Below are positions 8,020 to 17,479 of a stretch of 64,000 nucleotides of DNA, one piece after another (position 1 is the first letter of the stretch; every line of letters starts with the position of its first letter). Under the pieces are notes generated by a model. The model was not told the origin of the DNA. It was given only the letters and a program-made list of their open reading frames with translations, and did not search any database. Source of the DNA: Candidatus Kapaibacterium sp. (lineage in GTDB: Bacteria > Bacteroidota > Ignavibacteria > Kapaibacteriales > UBA2268); contig CALBDO010000001.1 in assembly GCA_937927515.1 (NCBI GenBank), positions 21,773 to 85,772 on the forward strand. The letters run 5' to 3'. Made by a program: the position numbers and the translations under genes.

Positions 8020-10157
8020 TAATTCTTTTGAATTATCTCATAGTAAATCTTATTACCACTATCAATAGTGATTATGTAGATTCCTTTTGGCAGAAGAGAA
8101 GCCTCTGGAATTACAATAACATTATTTATTCCACTTGGCATGAGAGCCTTTGTGATTAGTTTTCTACCAAGAAAGTCAACAACTGTTAGCTCTAAAGGAT
8201 ATTTAACCATCTCACCAATTTGCACAAATAAAGTTCGGTTTCCGATAATTGGATTAGGAAAAACTTTAAATATTTTAGGCTCTCCCTCAAAAGCTGAAAG
8301 ATAAATATCAGTTACTTCGCAGAGGACAGAAGCTGTATCAATAAAAACAGAATCAGGAAAGAATGGCAAGGAAGTTTTGAAAGTAGAAATTCTATCGTAG
8401 GTAAAAAATGTTTTTGTAAAAACAGTATCAAGATTCTTGAAAAGTATTTTAATGGGAGTAATGAAGGCTTCTGGTACATTAGTGCCAGACTGTACCTGGG
8501 AAAGCAGTATTTCTGCATCATAAAAACCTGAGTCATTAGGATATCTATGAACATTAATATTTAACGAAAAAATTGGGTGGCCAGCTTTGAATAACCATTG
8601 ATTAAAAAAAGTATCTATATCGAATGACGGGTTTTCAACATTATTTTTAAAATAATTTATAAACTCTTCGGTTGTAATAGATTGAAATGAATAATCAATT
8701 AGAAACTTACGAAAAATTTTGAAAAATAAAGAGTCACCTAAATTTTCTTTAAGCATATGATAAATCCAACTAGATTTTTGATATACCAAGACAGCATACT
8801 CACCAAAAATGGTATTAGTTGGAAGTCCGTAAATAGCAGGAAGTTCAATTCCACCTTTTTTTAGATATTCTCTTCGAGCACTTAGAGTGAAGTAGTTGTA
8901 ACCATTCTTCCCCCACAAACTTTCGGCGTAAAGTGCTTCACTCCAAGTTGCACCGCCTTCATTAAACCAAATATCATTCCAAGTAGCACAGGTCACAAGG
9001 TCACCAATCCATTGATGCGCTAATTCATGAGCAATACCAAATTGTACATTTTGCCTAAGCCAAACTCGATTAATTGAAGTTATAGTTTGATGCTCCATTC
9101 CGCCAAAATGAAACGGCATTAGTACAACCATCCCATATTTGACAAAAGGATATTCTATAAAAATTCTCGAGAAAAATTCCATCATTCTCGGTGTGGTTTG
9201 TAAAGTATTCTTAGCATTGTATTCTGAGCCGTCAGTTTTGGTAGCATTGTAGTCTTTTTCCCAAACGTAGTACTGAATTTCGACCGAATCTTGTACAGAT
9301 GTTACTTTTCTATACCAGTCATTGTACATAATATACTTCGAAGCTGTAACAGCAATTAAATACGTTGCTAAAGGTTTGTCTGAGACCCAAAAGAAAATTT
9401 TTGCTGTGTCCCCATCTTTGGCGATTTCAGACAGGTATCCATTAGAGGCAACAAGATAGTCCTTTGGAACTCGAACAGTTATTTTAGCATTTGCTTTATC
9501 ATAAGGTGCATCATTACAGGGCATCCAGTAACGAGCATCCTCTGGTTCACTCATTGTATATGCTATTCGTTCTTCTACGAAAACAGAATCGTAAAATGGC
9601 GCTGGTAAGCGACCTACGAATTTACCTTTAGGATACAGAAAAAAACCACGGTAATTACTTTCTGGGATATTCCTTGCATATGTATAAAAAATCGTCACTT
9701 TGCAAAGCTCATCCAAACTCAATTTTTTTGGCAATGACACTGTTAATTTTCCATTTGAAATTTTAGGAGTAGGCAGGATTTTTGTCCTTTGATTTTCAAT
9801 TTCAACAAACACAGAATCAATTAAAAGAGCATTAGCATCCAATTCAATTTGTTCCAAATTTGACTCTAAAGATTTCAACGTAATGATATTTCTGCCCCAC
9901 CAAACCCTATCAATCGAATCCATGCTTGTCGGATTTTTCATAACATTGTACCAATCAAGAAATAAATCGTAATCTAAGACATCATATGGCCTTTTACTCA
10001 AGCCAAGAAAAACTTCGGAGGAGAAGTTTTTGTTCTTTATAGGGAAAATTATTTGCTCGGGAGTGTCATTGAAAATAGTCGTGGATAGAGCATGCATTAA
10101 GTTCAAGAAGACAAAAGCTAATACAAATAAAATTTCACGCATACAAAACCTTAACAA
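8019..10157 (-). CDS. M1-family zinc aminopeptidase with a T9SS C-terminal sorting domain.
   Basis: The gluzincin motif HELAHQWIGD plus the downstream WFNEGGATW (third zinc ligand Glu) is present, with GGMEH upstream as the exopeptidase GxMEN-like motif. The C-terminal ~80 aa (KIFKVFPNPIIGN...GIYIITIDSGNKIYYEIIQKN) is a Por/T9SS CTD. An N-terminal signal peptide is present. Confidence 0.85.
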   Translation of the reverse strand: MLRFCMREILFVLAFVFLNLMHALSTTIFNDTPEQIIFPIKNKNFSSEVFLGLSKRPYDVLDYDLFLDWYNVMKNPTSMDSIDRVWWGRNIITLKSLESNLEQIELDANALLIDSVFVEIENQRTKILPTPKISNGKLTVSLPKKLSLDELCKVTIFYTYARNIPESNYRGFFLYPKGKFVGRLPAPFYDSVFVEERIAYTMSEPEDARYWMPCNDAPYDKANAKITVRVPKDYLVASNGYLSEIAKDGDTAKIFFWVSDKPLATYLIAVTASKYIMYNDWYRKVTSVQDSVEIQYYVWEKDYNATKTDGSEYNAKNTLQTTPRMMEFFSRIFIEYPFVKYGMVVLMPFHFGGMEHQTITSINRVWLRQNVQFGIAHELAHQWIGDLVTCATWNDIWFNEGGATWSEALYAESLWGKNGYNYFTLSARREYLKKGGIELPAIYGLPTNTIFGEYAVLVYQKSSWIYHMLKENLGDSLFFKIFRKFLIDYSFQSITTEEFINYFKNNVENPSFDIDTFFNQWLFKAGHPIFSLNINVHRYPNDSGFYDAEILLSQVQSGTNVPEAFITPIKILFKNLDTVFTKTFFTYDRISTFKTSLPFFPDSVFIDTASVLCEVTDIYLSAFEGEPKIFKVFPNPIIGNRTLFVQIGEMVKYPLELTVVDFLGRKLITKALMPSGINNVIVIPEASLLPKGIYIITIDSGNKIYYEIIQKN

Positions 10158-10224
10158 TTACTAAATAACAAAAACGTTAAAATAAAATGTAACGAATTTA
10201 AATACAATTTACTGTAAAACACTT

Positions 10225-11046
10225 ATGAACATTACGACAAAAGTAACGCTAAATAATGGGATTAAAATTCCAGTTTTAGGTTTGGGCACATACAAAATGC
10301 AGCCAGGCGAGGAGACTTACAACTCTTGCCTTTGGGCTTTAGAAATTGGATATCGTCATATCGACACAGCAACAATGTACAAAAATGAAGGAGATATCGG
10401 GAGAGCAATTCGAGACTCTGGATTAGAGAGACAAGAAATTTTTATTACCACCAAAATCTGGAACGACGACCAAGGCTATGACAATACTCTGCGAGCAGTT
10501 GAACGAAGCTTAAAACTCTTAAATTCTGATTATATTGACTTAGAGCTTATTCACTGGCCAGTTCCCAAGTTGCGTAAAGAAACTTGGAAAGCCCTCGAAA
10601 AATTGTATGATGAGGGCATTTGCTCCGCAATTGGGGTAAGCAACTACACCATATCACATTTACAAGAACTTTTTAATTATGCAAATGTAATGCCTGTCGT
10701 TAATCAGGTAGAGTTTTCACCTTTTATTTATCAAAAGGAACTTTTGGAATTTTGCGAAGAAAACAACATTAAAATTCAAGCATATTCACCATTGGCAAGA
10801 GGTAGAAAATTCGACCATCCGGTATTAGTGGAACTTTCAAAGAAATACAATAAAACCCCAGCCCAAATTATGATACGCTGGGCGTTGCAAGTTGGTACAA
10901 TTGTCATACCTAAATCTTCAAACAAAAGTCGGATTCAAGAAAATGCAAATGTTTTTGACTTCGAAATCGAAAAAGAAGATTTTCTTAAATTAAGTTCTTT
11001 AAACGAAGGTTTCCGTGTTTCCTGGAATCCAGAAAACGTTGAGTAA
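10225..11046 (+). CDS. Aldo/keto reductase (2,5-diketo-D-gluconate reductase-like AKR).
   Basis: IPVLGLGTYKM ... IDTATMYKNEGDIG ... the IHWP motif ... and the IPKSSNKSRIQEN C-terminal motif are characteristic of the AKR superfamily. Confidence 0.85.
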   Translation: MNITTKVTLNNGIKIPVLGLGTYKMQPGEETYNSCLWALEIGYRHIDTATMYKNEGDIGRAIRDSGLERQEIFITTKIWNDDQGYDNTLRAVERSLKLLNSDYIDLELIHWPVPKLRKETWKALEKLYDEGICSAIGVSNYTISHLQELFNYANVMPVVNQVEFSPFIYQKELLEFCEENNIKIQAYSPLARGRKFDHPVLVELSKKYNKTPAQIMIRWALQVGTIVIPKSSNKSRIQENANVFDFEIEKEDFLKLSSLNEGFRVSWNPENVE

Positions 11047-11048
11047 AT

Positions 11049-12491
11049 ATGACACCCAAAGAATTTAAAAAATATGGCTACTTTTTGACGGATTGGATTG
11101 AAAATTTCTACCAAAACATTAGAAACTATCCCGTAAAATCTTCTGTAAAACCAAGAGAAATCTTCGAAAATCTAGCAGATACAATTCCGGAGGAGCCAGA
11201 GCCTTTTGAAGTGATTTTTAAAGATTTCGAAGATATGATTTTAAAAGGGCTAACTCATTGGCAACATCCACGTTTTTTTGCATATTTCCCAGCCAACACA
11301 AGTTTCTCCTCAATTTTAGGCGAATATCTCACATCCGCTCTTGGTGTTCAAGCCATGATGTGGTTAACTTCGCCCGCAGCTACTGAACTTGAAGAAAAGA
11401 TGATTATTTGGCTGAGAGATGCACTTGGAATTTCAAAAGAATTCACAGGTTGTATTCAAGACACTGCTTCGACTTCAACTCTTGTTTCCATTCTCACGGC
11501 TAGAGAAAAAGCTTCAAATTTCAATATTAATAAATATGGATTCAACCACTCTTATAAATACACAGTTTATTGCTCAACCGAAGCACATTCTTCAATTGAA
11601 AAAGCAGTAAAAATAGCCGGCATAGGAAGTGAAAACTTAAGGAAGATTCCAGTAAACAAAGATTTTTCTTTACGCGCTGATTTACTTGAGCAAAGAATTA
11701 AAGACGATATATCAAAGGGATTTCAACCTCTTTGTGTAATTGGTGCCCTCGGAACAACTGGAAGCACTGCTATCGACCCTCTTAAAGAAATCGGAGAAAT
11801 TGCACAAAAGTATAATATTTGGTACCACATCGATGGTGCAATGGTAGGTTCTGCTCTTATTCTACCGGAATTTAAGTATCTTGTCGATGGAATAAATTTC
11901 GCCGATACATTTGTGTTCAATCCTCATAAATGGCTATTCACTAACTTCGACTGTTCGATATACTTTATCAAAAACAAAGAATTATTACTGCAAACATTCC
12001 AGATAACACCGCCTTACTTACAAACCGATGTTGATAATCTTGTTAACAACTATCGAGATTGGGGCATTCAACTTGGCAGAAGGTTCCGTGCATTAAAATT
12101 ATGGTTTGTCCTGCGTAGCTATGGCCTCAGCGGGTTAAAGAACACACTGCGCTTTCATTTAAATCTTGCTAATCAACTTAAGGAATTAATTGGGAAAGAC
12201 TGTAGGTTTGAATTACTTGCCCCAGCAAATTTTACAACAATTTGTTTTCGATTTAAACCAAAGAACTTGTCGGAGGAACAAATAAACGCTATAAATAAAA
12301 AACTTCTGGACGAGATAAACAGCTCTGGTTTTGCATTTCTCTCTCACACAATGTTAAATGGGAAATTTGCATTAAGATTTTCAATAGGTCAAACTTACAC
12401 CCAACTTGATGATGCATTAGAAACTTGGAATCTAATTCAAAAGGTCGCAGAAAGGTTAGAAAAAAATGGCACGAAAACCGAAGCACTTTAA
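11049..12491 (+). CDS. PLP-dependent group II decarboxylase (aromatic-L-amino-acid/tyrosine decarboxylase family).
   Basis: FNPHKWL contains the PLP-lysine motif of group II decarboxylases. The 480-aa length and the HWQHPRFFAYFP substrate-loop region match the family. Confidence 0.85.
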   Translation: MTPKEFKKYGYFLTDWIENFYQNIRNYPVKSSVKPREIFENLADTIPEEPEPFEVIFKDFEDMILKGLTHWQHPRFFAYFPANTSFSSILGEYLTSALGVQAMMWLTSPAATELEEKMIIWLRDALGISKEFTGCIQDTASTSTLVSILTAREKASNFNINKYGFNHSYKYTVYCSTEAHSSIEKAVKIAGIGSENLRKIPVNKDFSLRADLLEQRIKDDISKGFQPLCVIGALGTTGSTAIDPLKEIGEIAQKYNIWYHIDGAMVGSALILPEFKYLVDGINFADTFVFNPHKWLFTNFDCSIYFIKNKELLLQTFQITPPYLQTDVDNLVNNYRDWGIQLGRRFRALKLWFVLRSYGLSGLKNTLRFHLNLANQLKELIGKDCRFELLAPANFTTICFRFKPKNLSEEQINAINKKLLDEINSSGFAFLSHTMLNGKFALRFSIGQTYTQLDDALETWNLIQKVAERLEKNGTKTEAL

Positions 12492-13752
12492 ATTAAAAGG
12501 AACAAATTATAATATTTTCCAACCTGAGGTTAAACAAACCAAATTAGATAATCAAATACTTGTCATAACAGAAAAAATACCTTACTTTAATTCTTTTGCG
12601 TTGGGAATTGGAGTACGAGCTGGTTCCAGAGATGATTTTGTTGGCAAAGAAGGGATATCACATTTTTTGGAACACTGTGTTTTCAGAAGAACGAAGAATT
12701 ACGAGTCTAAACAAATCAATGAACTTTTTGAAAAATATGGAGCATATGCTAATGCCTTCACAACCAAAGAGTATACAACATATTACGTCAGAGCTTTAAA
12801 TGACAATTTCGAGAAAGTCTGGAATTTAATGAAAGAAATAGTCTTCGAGCCAAAATTTGACAAAAAAGATATTTCAAAAGAAAAGTCAATTGTCAAAGAA
12901 GAAGTTCGTTCATATACCGAAGACCCGGAAGAAGAGATATTTGATATCACCGATAAATATCTTTTTCGACACTCAAGGCTAAGCCATCCCATTGTTGGTA
13001 CCATTCATAGTTTGAGCAACATCGGAATAGAGGATTTAATTAATTTCTATGAAAGACATTACTTGCCTTCTCAAATAGTAATTTCATATGTTGGTGGATT
13101 CACCCATGACGTAATAGTTGACTTTGTCAATCGAAATACCAATACAAGTTTCCTAAAAGCCGAGCACCACGTCAGGGATAAAATTTCCTTCAAACCCATG
13201 ACCTTTCACAAAAAGTTGAAGCGACAGTTCTTGCAAACTCATATTTCGATTGCAAAGGTTTTGCCAAATCTACCTACTCGAGAAAGATACATTTGTGCAT
13301 TAGCCAATTTGTTATTAGGGGATTGCTCGAGTAGCAGACTCTATAGATGCTTGCGGGAAAAAAGTGGTCTCGTGTATAATGTATTCTCAATTTTTACTTC
13401 ATACTCTGATTGTTCAGCAGTTTACATTTACTCTACTACAAATCCATCCAAAAGCTCTAAAACAGTTGATAGAACTTATAATGAGTTAGAAACCTTACAT
13501 AAATTTGGTTTCAGCGAATCAGAGCTTATTCTTGCAAAAGAACAAATTAAATCCTCTACCATCATGGCATTAGAAAATTATTCCGAGAGGCTTCAAGGAA
13601 TAATTAAATCAAAGTTGGTATTCGGGGAGTACGAATCACTTCCAGAGACAATAAGTACAATCGACTCTATCTCTCTTGATGAATTAAACAATTTTATTCA
13701 AAAATACTTTGAACCAAATAGTTGGTCTAGTATAGTTTTCGAACCTAAATAA
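12466..13752 (+). CDS. M16-family (pitrilysin/insulinase-like) zinc peptidase.
   Basis: The inverted zinc motif HFLEHCVF (HxxEH) sits near the N-terminus. The 428-aa size fits an M16 subunit. The start overlaps the decarboxylase stop by 26 nt. Confidence 0.8.
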   Translation: MARKPKHFKLKGTNYNIFQPEVKQTKLDNQILVITEKIPYFNSFALGIGVRAGSRDDFVGKEGISHFLEHCVFRRTKNYESKQINELFEKYGAYANAFTTKEYTTYYVRALNDNFEKVWNLMKEIVFEPKFDKKDISKEKSIVKEEVRSYTEDPEEEIFDITDKYLFRHSRLSHPIVGTIHSLSNIGIEDLINFYERHYLPSQIVISYVGGFTHDVIVDFVNRNTNTSFLKAEHHVRDKISFKPMTFHKKLKRQFLQTHISIAKVLPNLPTRERYICALANLLLGDCSSSRLYRCLREKSGLVYNVFSIFTSYSDCSAVYIYSTTNPSKSSKTVDRTYNELETLHKFGFSESELILAKEQIKSSTIMALENYSERLQGIIKSKLVFGEYESLPETISTIDSISLDELNNFIQKYFEPNSWSSIVFEPK

Positions 13753-13753
13753 A

Positions 13754-16012
13754 CTACTTTTTGTTTTTGCAATGCTTTTCTAAGAAATCAAAAACTTCAT
13801 AGTACCAGAGTATCTGCTCTTGTGGTTTCGTTATCCAATGTCCCATTGTTGGGAAAACTAATAATTTAGAAGGTATATTATTCAGTTGAGCTACGGTAAA
13901 AGCTTCTAAGCTTTGAGTATATGGAACTCGGAAATCTCTCTCTCCCGTTGAAATTAATATAGGCGTATCCCAATACTTTGCATATTTATGAGGAGATTGT
14001 CTTTCGTAAACCTCTCTGTTTTTTGATTCCCAATAAGGTCCACCAAATTCCCAATTGGGGAACCATAATTCTTCCGTCGAGCCATATTTACTCTCAAGGT
14101 TAAAAACACCACAATGGGAAACAAATGCCGAAAAACGTTTCTTGTGGTTGCCAGCAAGCCAAAATACTGCATATCCACCAGCGCTTGCGCCAACAGCAGC
14201 TTTTCTTGTGGCATCAACAAAAGGTAGTTTACTAATTGAATCAGTTGCCGAGAGGATATCATCCATCGGCTTACCAGCCCAGTCTCTATTAATAGCATCT
14301 ACCCAGTCTTGACCGAAGCCCGGCACTCCACGACGGTTTGGTGCTACTACAATATAACCTTGCGAAGCAAAAAGGAATAAATTCCATCGGTAACTAAAGT
14401 ATTGACTTATTGTCGACTGTGGTCCGCCCTGGCAATATACAATCATTGGATATTTTTTAGTCGAGTCAAAATCTGGTGGGAACAACACCCAAGTATGTAT
14501 TTTTTTGTTGTCTTTGCTGGTAATCCAGTACTCAGAAATTTTTATCGATTTGATATTTCTATATATGTCCTCATTTTCAAATGTATGTTGGAATATTGGT
14601 GCATTCGGACTTGACAAAATTGTCGAGAAAATTTCGAATGGTCTTAGCATATTTCTTCGACCAAAGTATAATTTTTCACCGTCTGGGGATATATCGAGTC
14701 CCCCATCACAATTAAACCAGCCCTTTGTAATAATTTTCCAAAATCCATCTGAAATGTCGATTTCATAGATTTGAACTGTTCCACCATCCTCGGCTGAAAA
14801 GTAGATTTTTTTGCTATTTGGATGCCATACAAAATCACCAACCCATTGGTCAAGTTTCCATGATAATTCTGTGATTTTTTTGGTCTTACGATTATACAAC
14901 ATTAACCTCGAGCGGTCGCTTTCATAACCGCCTCTTTTCATACTAAGGAATGCAATCCAAAGCCCATCGGGCGAATAAACTGGATTTTTGTCGTAACCAG
15001 GCATTCCTTTTGTCACATTTTCTGTCGTTTTAGTCTCAACATTATAAATGAATATGTCGGTATTTGTACTTAGGGCATAGTCATCTACTTTTTTACATGA
15101 ATAAGCAAGTTCCTTAGAATCGGGCGACCAAGCATATTGCTCTGAACCACCAAAAGGTGGGTCTGGTACATCAAAAGGTTCATTGGGCATTATATCAACG
15201 GGAACACCGCTATCGACTTGAACAATGAATAAATGCGATTTGAACTCATCTTCCCATGTATCCCAATGTCTAACTGGAAGTTTTTCATATATTCTAACAT
15301 TGGCTTTTCCGAGATATGGATATTTATCCGAAGGTGTTTGAAATACTTTAATATCACTTGTAAATGCAAGCATTTTACCATTTGGAGCTAATTTGAAACT
15401 AGTTACATCGTTGTCAAAATTAGTTATTTGCTTTTTTTCTTTAGTTAATACATCTATTCTGTGAATTTGTTTTTTACCAGTTGAATTTGTGATGTAATAA
15501 ACATACCTACCGGTATTATCCCATTGATAGTCAGTTATCATGAATTGAGAGTCTTTCGTTAGGTTTTCTTTTTCACCAGTCTCAAGATTAAGCAAAAACA
15601 AATCGTTTTGCATAGAATTTTCTTTTATGTTTGGTGTTGACACAGAATACAATAAACTTTTGCCATTTGGAGACAATTTAGGATGACCAACTCTTTTGAG
15701 TGAAAGTAAAAGCTCTGGTGTGAAAGTAATGTTACCATTATATGTGAACATTGGTTCAAATTGGAAGTATTTCCACCCCGAGTCGATTATAAATCTTTGA
15801 AGTTTTACATTAAACAATTCCAACAATTCTTCCCTACTCATTTCCTGGACTTGCTGAAAGTCATAATTCATTAAAAATATCGGCACGAAAGGGATTTTCT
15901 CTGGCGGCATGTTTCTCATAATAGAATCAAGCACTGGGTTCATTTTCGGTTGAGTAAATCCAATATTAATTATTGCCAAAAGAAATACTGCAGTGAATAA
16001 TGTTTTTTTCAT
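13754..16012 (-). CDS. S9-family serine peptidase (prolyl oligopeptidase/dipeptidyl-peptidase-like) with an N-terminal beta-propeller.
   Basis: Signal peptide. Propeller-type repeats (SPDGK/SPNGK..., WSPDSKELAY, YSPDGLWIAF, HPNSKKIYF) are followed by the C-terminal alpha/beta-hydrolase nucleophile elbow GASAGGYAV and downstream Asp/His regions. Confidence 0.8.
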   Translation of the reverse strand: MKKTLFTAVFLLAIINIGFTQPKMNPVLDSIMRNMPPEKIPFVPIFLMNYDFQQVQEMSREELLELFNVKLQRFIIDSGWKYFQFEPMFTYNGNITFTPELLLSLKRVGHPKLSPNGKSLLYSVSTPNIKENSMQNDLFLLNLETGEKENLTKDSQFMITDYQWDNTGRYVYYITNSTGKKQIHRIDVLTKEKKQITNFDNDVTSFKLAPNGKMLAFTSDIKVFQTPSDKYPYLGKANVRIYEKLPVRHWDTWEDEFKSHLFIVQVDSGVPVDIMPNEPFDVPDPPFGGSEQYAWSPDSKELAYSCKKVDDYALSTNTDIFIYNVETKTTENVTKGMPGYDKNPVYSPDGLWIAFLSMKRGGYESDRSRLMLYNRKTKKITELSWKLDQWVGDFVWHPNSKKIYFSAEDGGTVQIYEIDISDGFWKIITKGWFNCDGGLDISPDGEKLYFGRRNMLRPFEIFSTILSSPNAPIFQHTFENEDIYRNIKSIKISEYWITSKDNKKIHTWVLFPPDFDSTKKYPMIVYCQGGPQSTISQYFSYRWNLFLFASQGYIVVAPNRRGVPGFGQDWVDAINRDWAGKPMDDILSATDSISKLPFVDATRKAAVGASAGGYAVFWLAGNHKKRFSAFVSHCGVFNLESKYGSTEELWFPNWEFGGPYWESKNREVYERQSPHKYAKYWDTPILISTGERDFRVPYTQSLEAFTVAQLNNIPSKLLVFPTMGHWITKPQEQILWYYEVFDFLEKHCKNKK

Positions 16013-16094
16013 TTCTCAATTATTTTTAATTTTACAAATACAAAATTAATCACAAATGATTAGCTAAAGGTTTTGATGTTTAAGATGATAAAAT

Positions 16095-16697
16095 ATGAAA
16101 AAATTAAGAATTGGATTTTTAGCCTCGCATAACGGAAGTAATATGCAAGCGATAATTGATGCCATTAAAAAAGGTGAACTCGATGCTGAACCAGCTGTTG
16201 TTATATCTAACAATTCAAATGCTTATGCTTTGGAAAGAGCAAAAAAAGAAGGAATACCAGCCTACCATATAAGTTCTAAACATTTTGAAACAGAAGAACA
16301 ACTCGACCAAGAGATATTGAATACTTTAATTAAACACAACGTAAACATTGTATGCCTTGCTGGATATATGAAAAAAATTGGTCCGAAAGTTCTAGCACAT
16401 TTCAAAAACAGAGTCTTAAATATACATCCCGCTTTGCTGCCAAAATTCGGTGGCAAAGGTATGTTTGGAAGATATGTACACGAAGCAGTTTTGAAAGCTG
16501 GTGAAAAGCAAAGTGGCTGTACTGTTCATATTGTTGATGAACATTATGACCATGGTAAAATTCTCGGGCAAAGGGTTGTACCAGTTTTAGCAGAGGACAC
16601 CGTAGAAACTCTTTCACAAAAAGTATTAGAGGAAGAACATAAGTTGTATCCCGAGGTATTGCAAAAAATTGCTAATGGAGAAATCGAACTGGATTAA
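16095..16697 (+). CDS. purN: Phosphoribosylglycinamide formyltransferase.
   Basis: IGFLASHNGSNMQAI ... NIHPALLPKFGG ... matches the PurN folate-binding signature. Length is 200 aa. Confidence 0.9.
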   Translation: MKKLRIGFLASHNGSNMQAIIDAIKKGELDAEPAVVISNNSNAYALERAKKEGIPAYHISSKHFETEEQLDQEILNTLIKHNVNIVCLAGYMKKIGPKVLAHFKNRVLNIHPALLPKFGGKGMFGRYVHEAVLKAGEKQSGCTVHIVDEHYDHGKILGQRVVPVLAEDTVETLSQKVLEEEHKLYPEVLQKIANGEIELD

Positions 16698-17425
16698 AAT
16701 CTATCTAAGTGATAGCCACCATCAACATTTAAAATTTGTCCAGTAATAAAATTGCTACATGTCGCAAAGAAATAAACTGCATCAAAGATGTCTAATGCAT
16801 TGCCATATCGTTGCATAGGAATTTTGTTAACTTCTATAAGAGGAGCATCTATGTCGTTGGGCTCGAAGGGAAGAAGAATTGAACCGGGATTCACGCAGTT
16901 TACAGTAATTTTAGGGGCAAGTTCTTTTGCAAGCGATTTAGTTAATTGAATCACCCCAGCTTTTGAAATGTTGTAGGGTATTCGTCCCTTCCAAGTTTCT
17001 ATTCCGCCAAGTGACCCAATGTTTATAATTCTGGCACCAACGGGGGCATACTTTGAAAATATTTTAGAAATGAATAAATAAGCTTTCAAATTTATTGTTA
17101 AAGTCTTGTCCCAAATATCCTCGTCCAGTTCCTCTAAATTTCTTTTTTGAGGAAAAATTGCAGCATTGTTTACAAGGACGTCTGGAATGCAAACTTCTTT
17201 GAAAAAGTTCTCAAAAGTTTCAATTGCAGATTTTATGTTAACTAAATTGCTCTGAAAATATTCTACCTTCACACCAAAGTTTTTAAGTATGTATTTCTCT
17301 AAATTTTGGACGTCTTCAAACGATGTGTTGAAATGAATAAGAACCTTCCACCCTTTGCGGGCGAATTCTATAGCTAAACCTTTACCTATTCTTCGGCCCG
17401 CTCCTGTTATTAAAACTGATGGCAT
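16694..17425 (-). CDS. Short-chain dehydrogenase/reductase, FolM/pteridine-reductase-like.
   Basis: The N-terminal ITGAGRRIGKGLA nucleotide-binding motif and the catalytic YNISKAG (YxxxK) are present. Its 3' end is convergent with and overlaps purN. Confidence 0.75.
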   Translation of the reverse strand: MPSVLITGAGRRIGKGLAIEFARKGWKVLIHFNTSFEDVQNLEKYILKNFGVKVEYFQSNLVNIKSAIETFENFFKEVCIPDVLVNNAAIFPQKRNLEELDEDIWDKTLTINLKAYLFISKIFSKYAPVGARIINIGSLGGIETWKGRIPYNISKAGVIQLTKSLAKELAPKITVNCVNPGSILLPFEPNDIDAPLIEVNKIPMQRYGNALDIFDAVYFFATCSNFITGQILNVDGGYHLDRF

Positions 17426-17479
17426 TATTAAGTAATAAAGTTAAATTTGTAATTTAATAATTTTACTCTGAACATTATT

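Noticed and set aside
8312-8554. 80-aa minus-strand ORF nested in the M1 aminopeptidase gene
   Set aside because: It is an alternative frame of a well-supported 712-aa peptidase ORF.
14055-14312. Antisense and alternative-frame ORFs (14055..14312, 13954..14298, 14402..14768) inside the S9 peptidase gene
   Set aside because: They lie within a continuous 752-aa ORF that carries a clear GxSxGG nucleophile motif. They are probably chance ORFs in AT-rich sequence.
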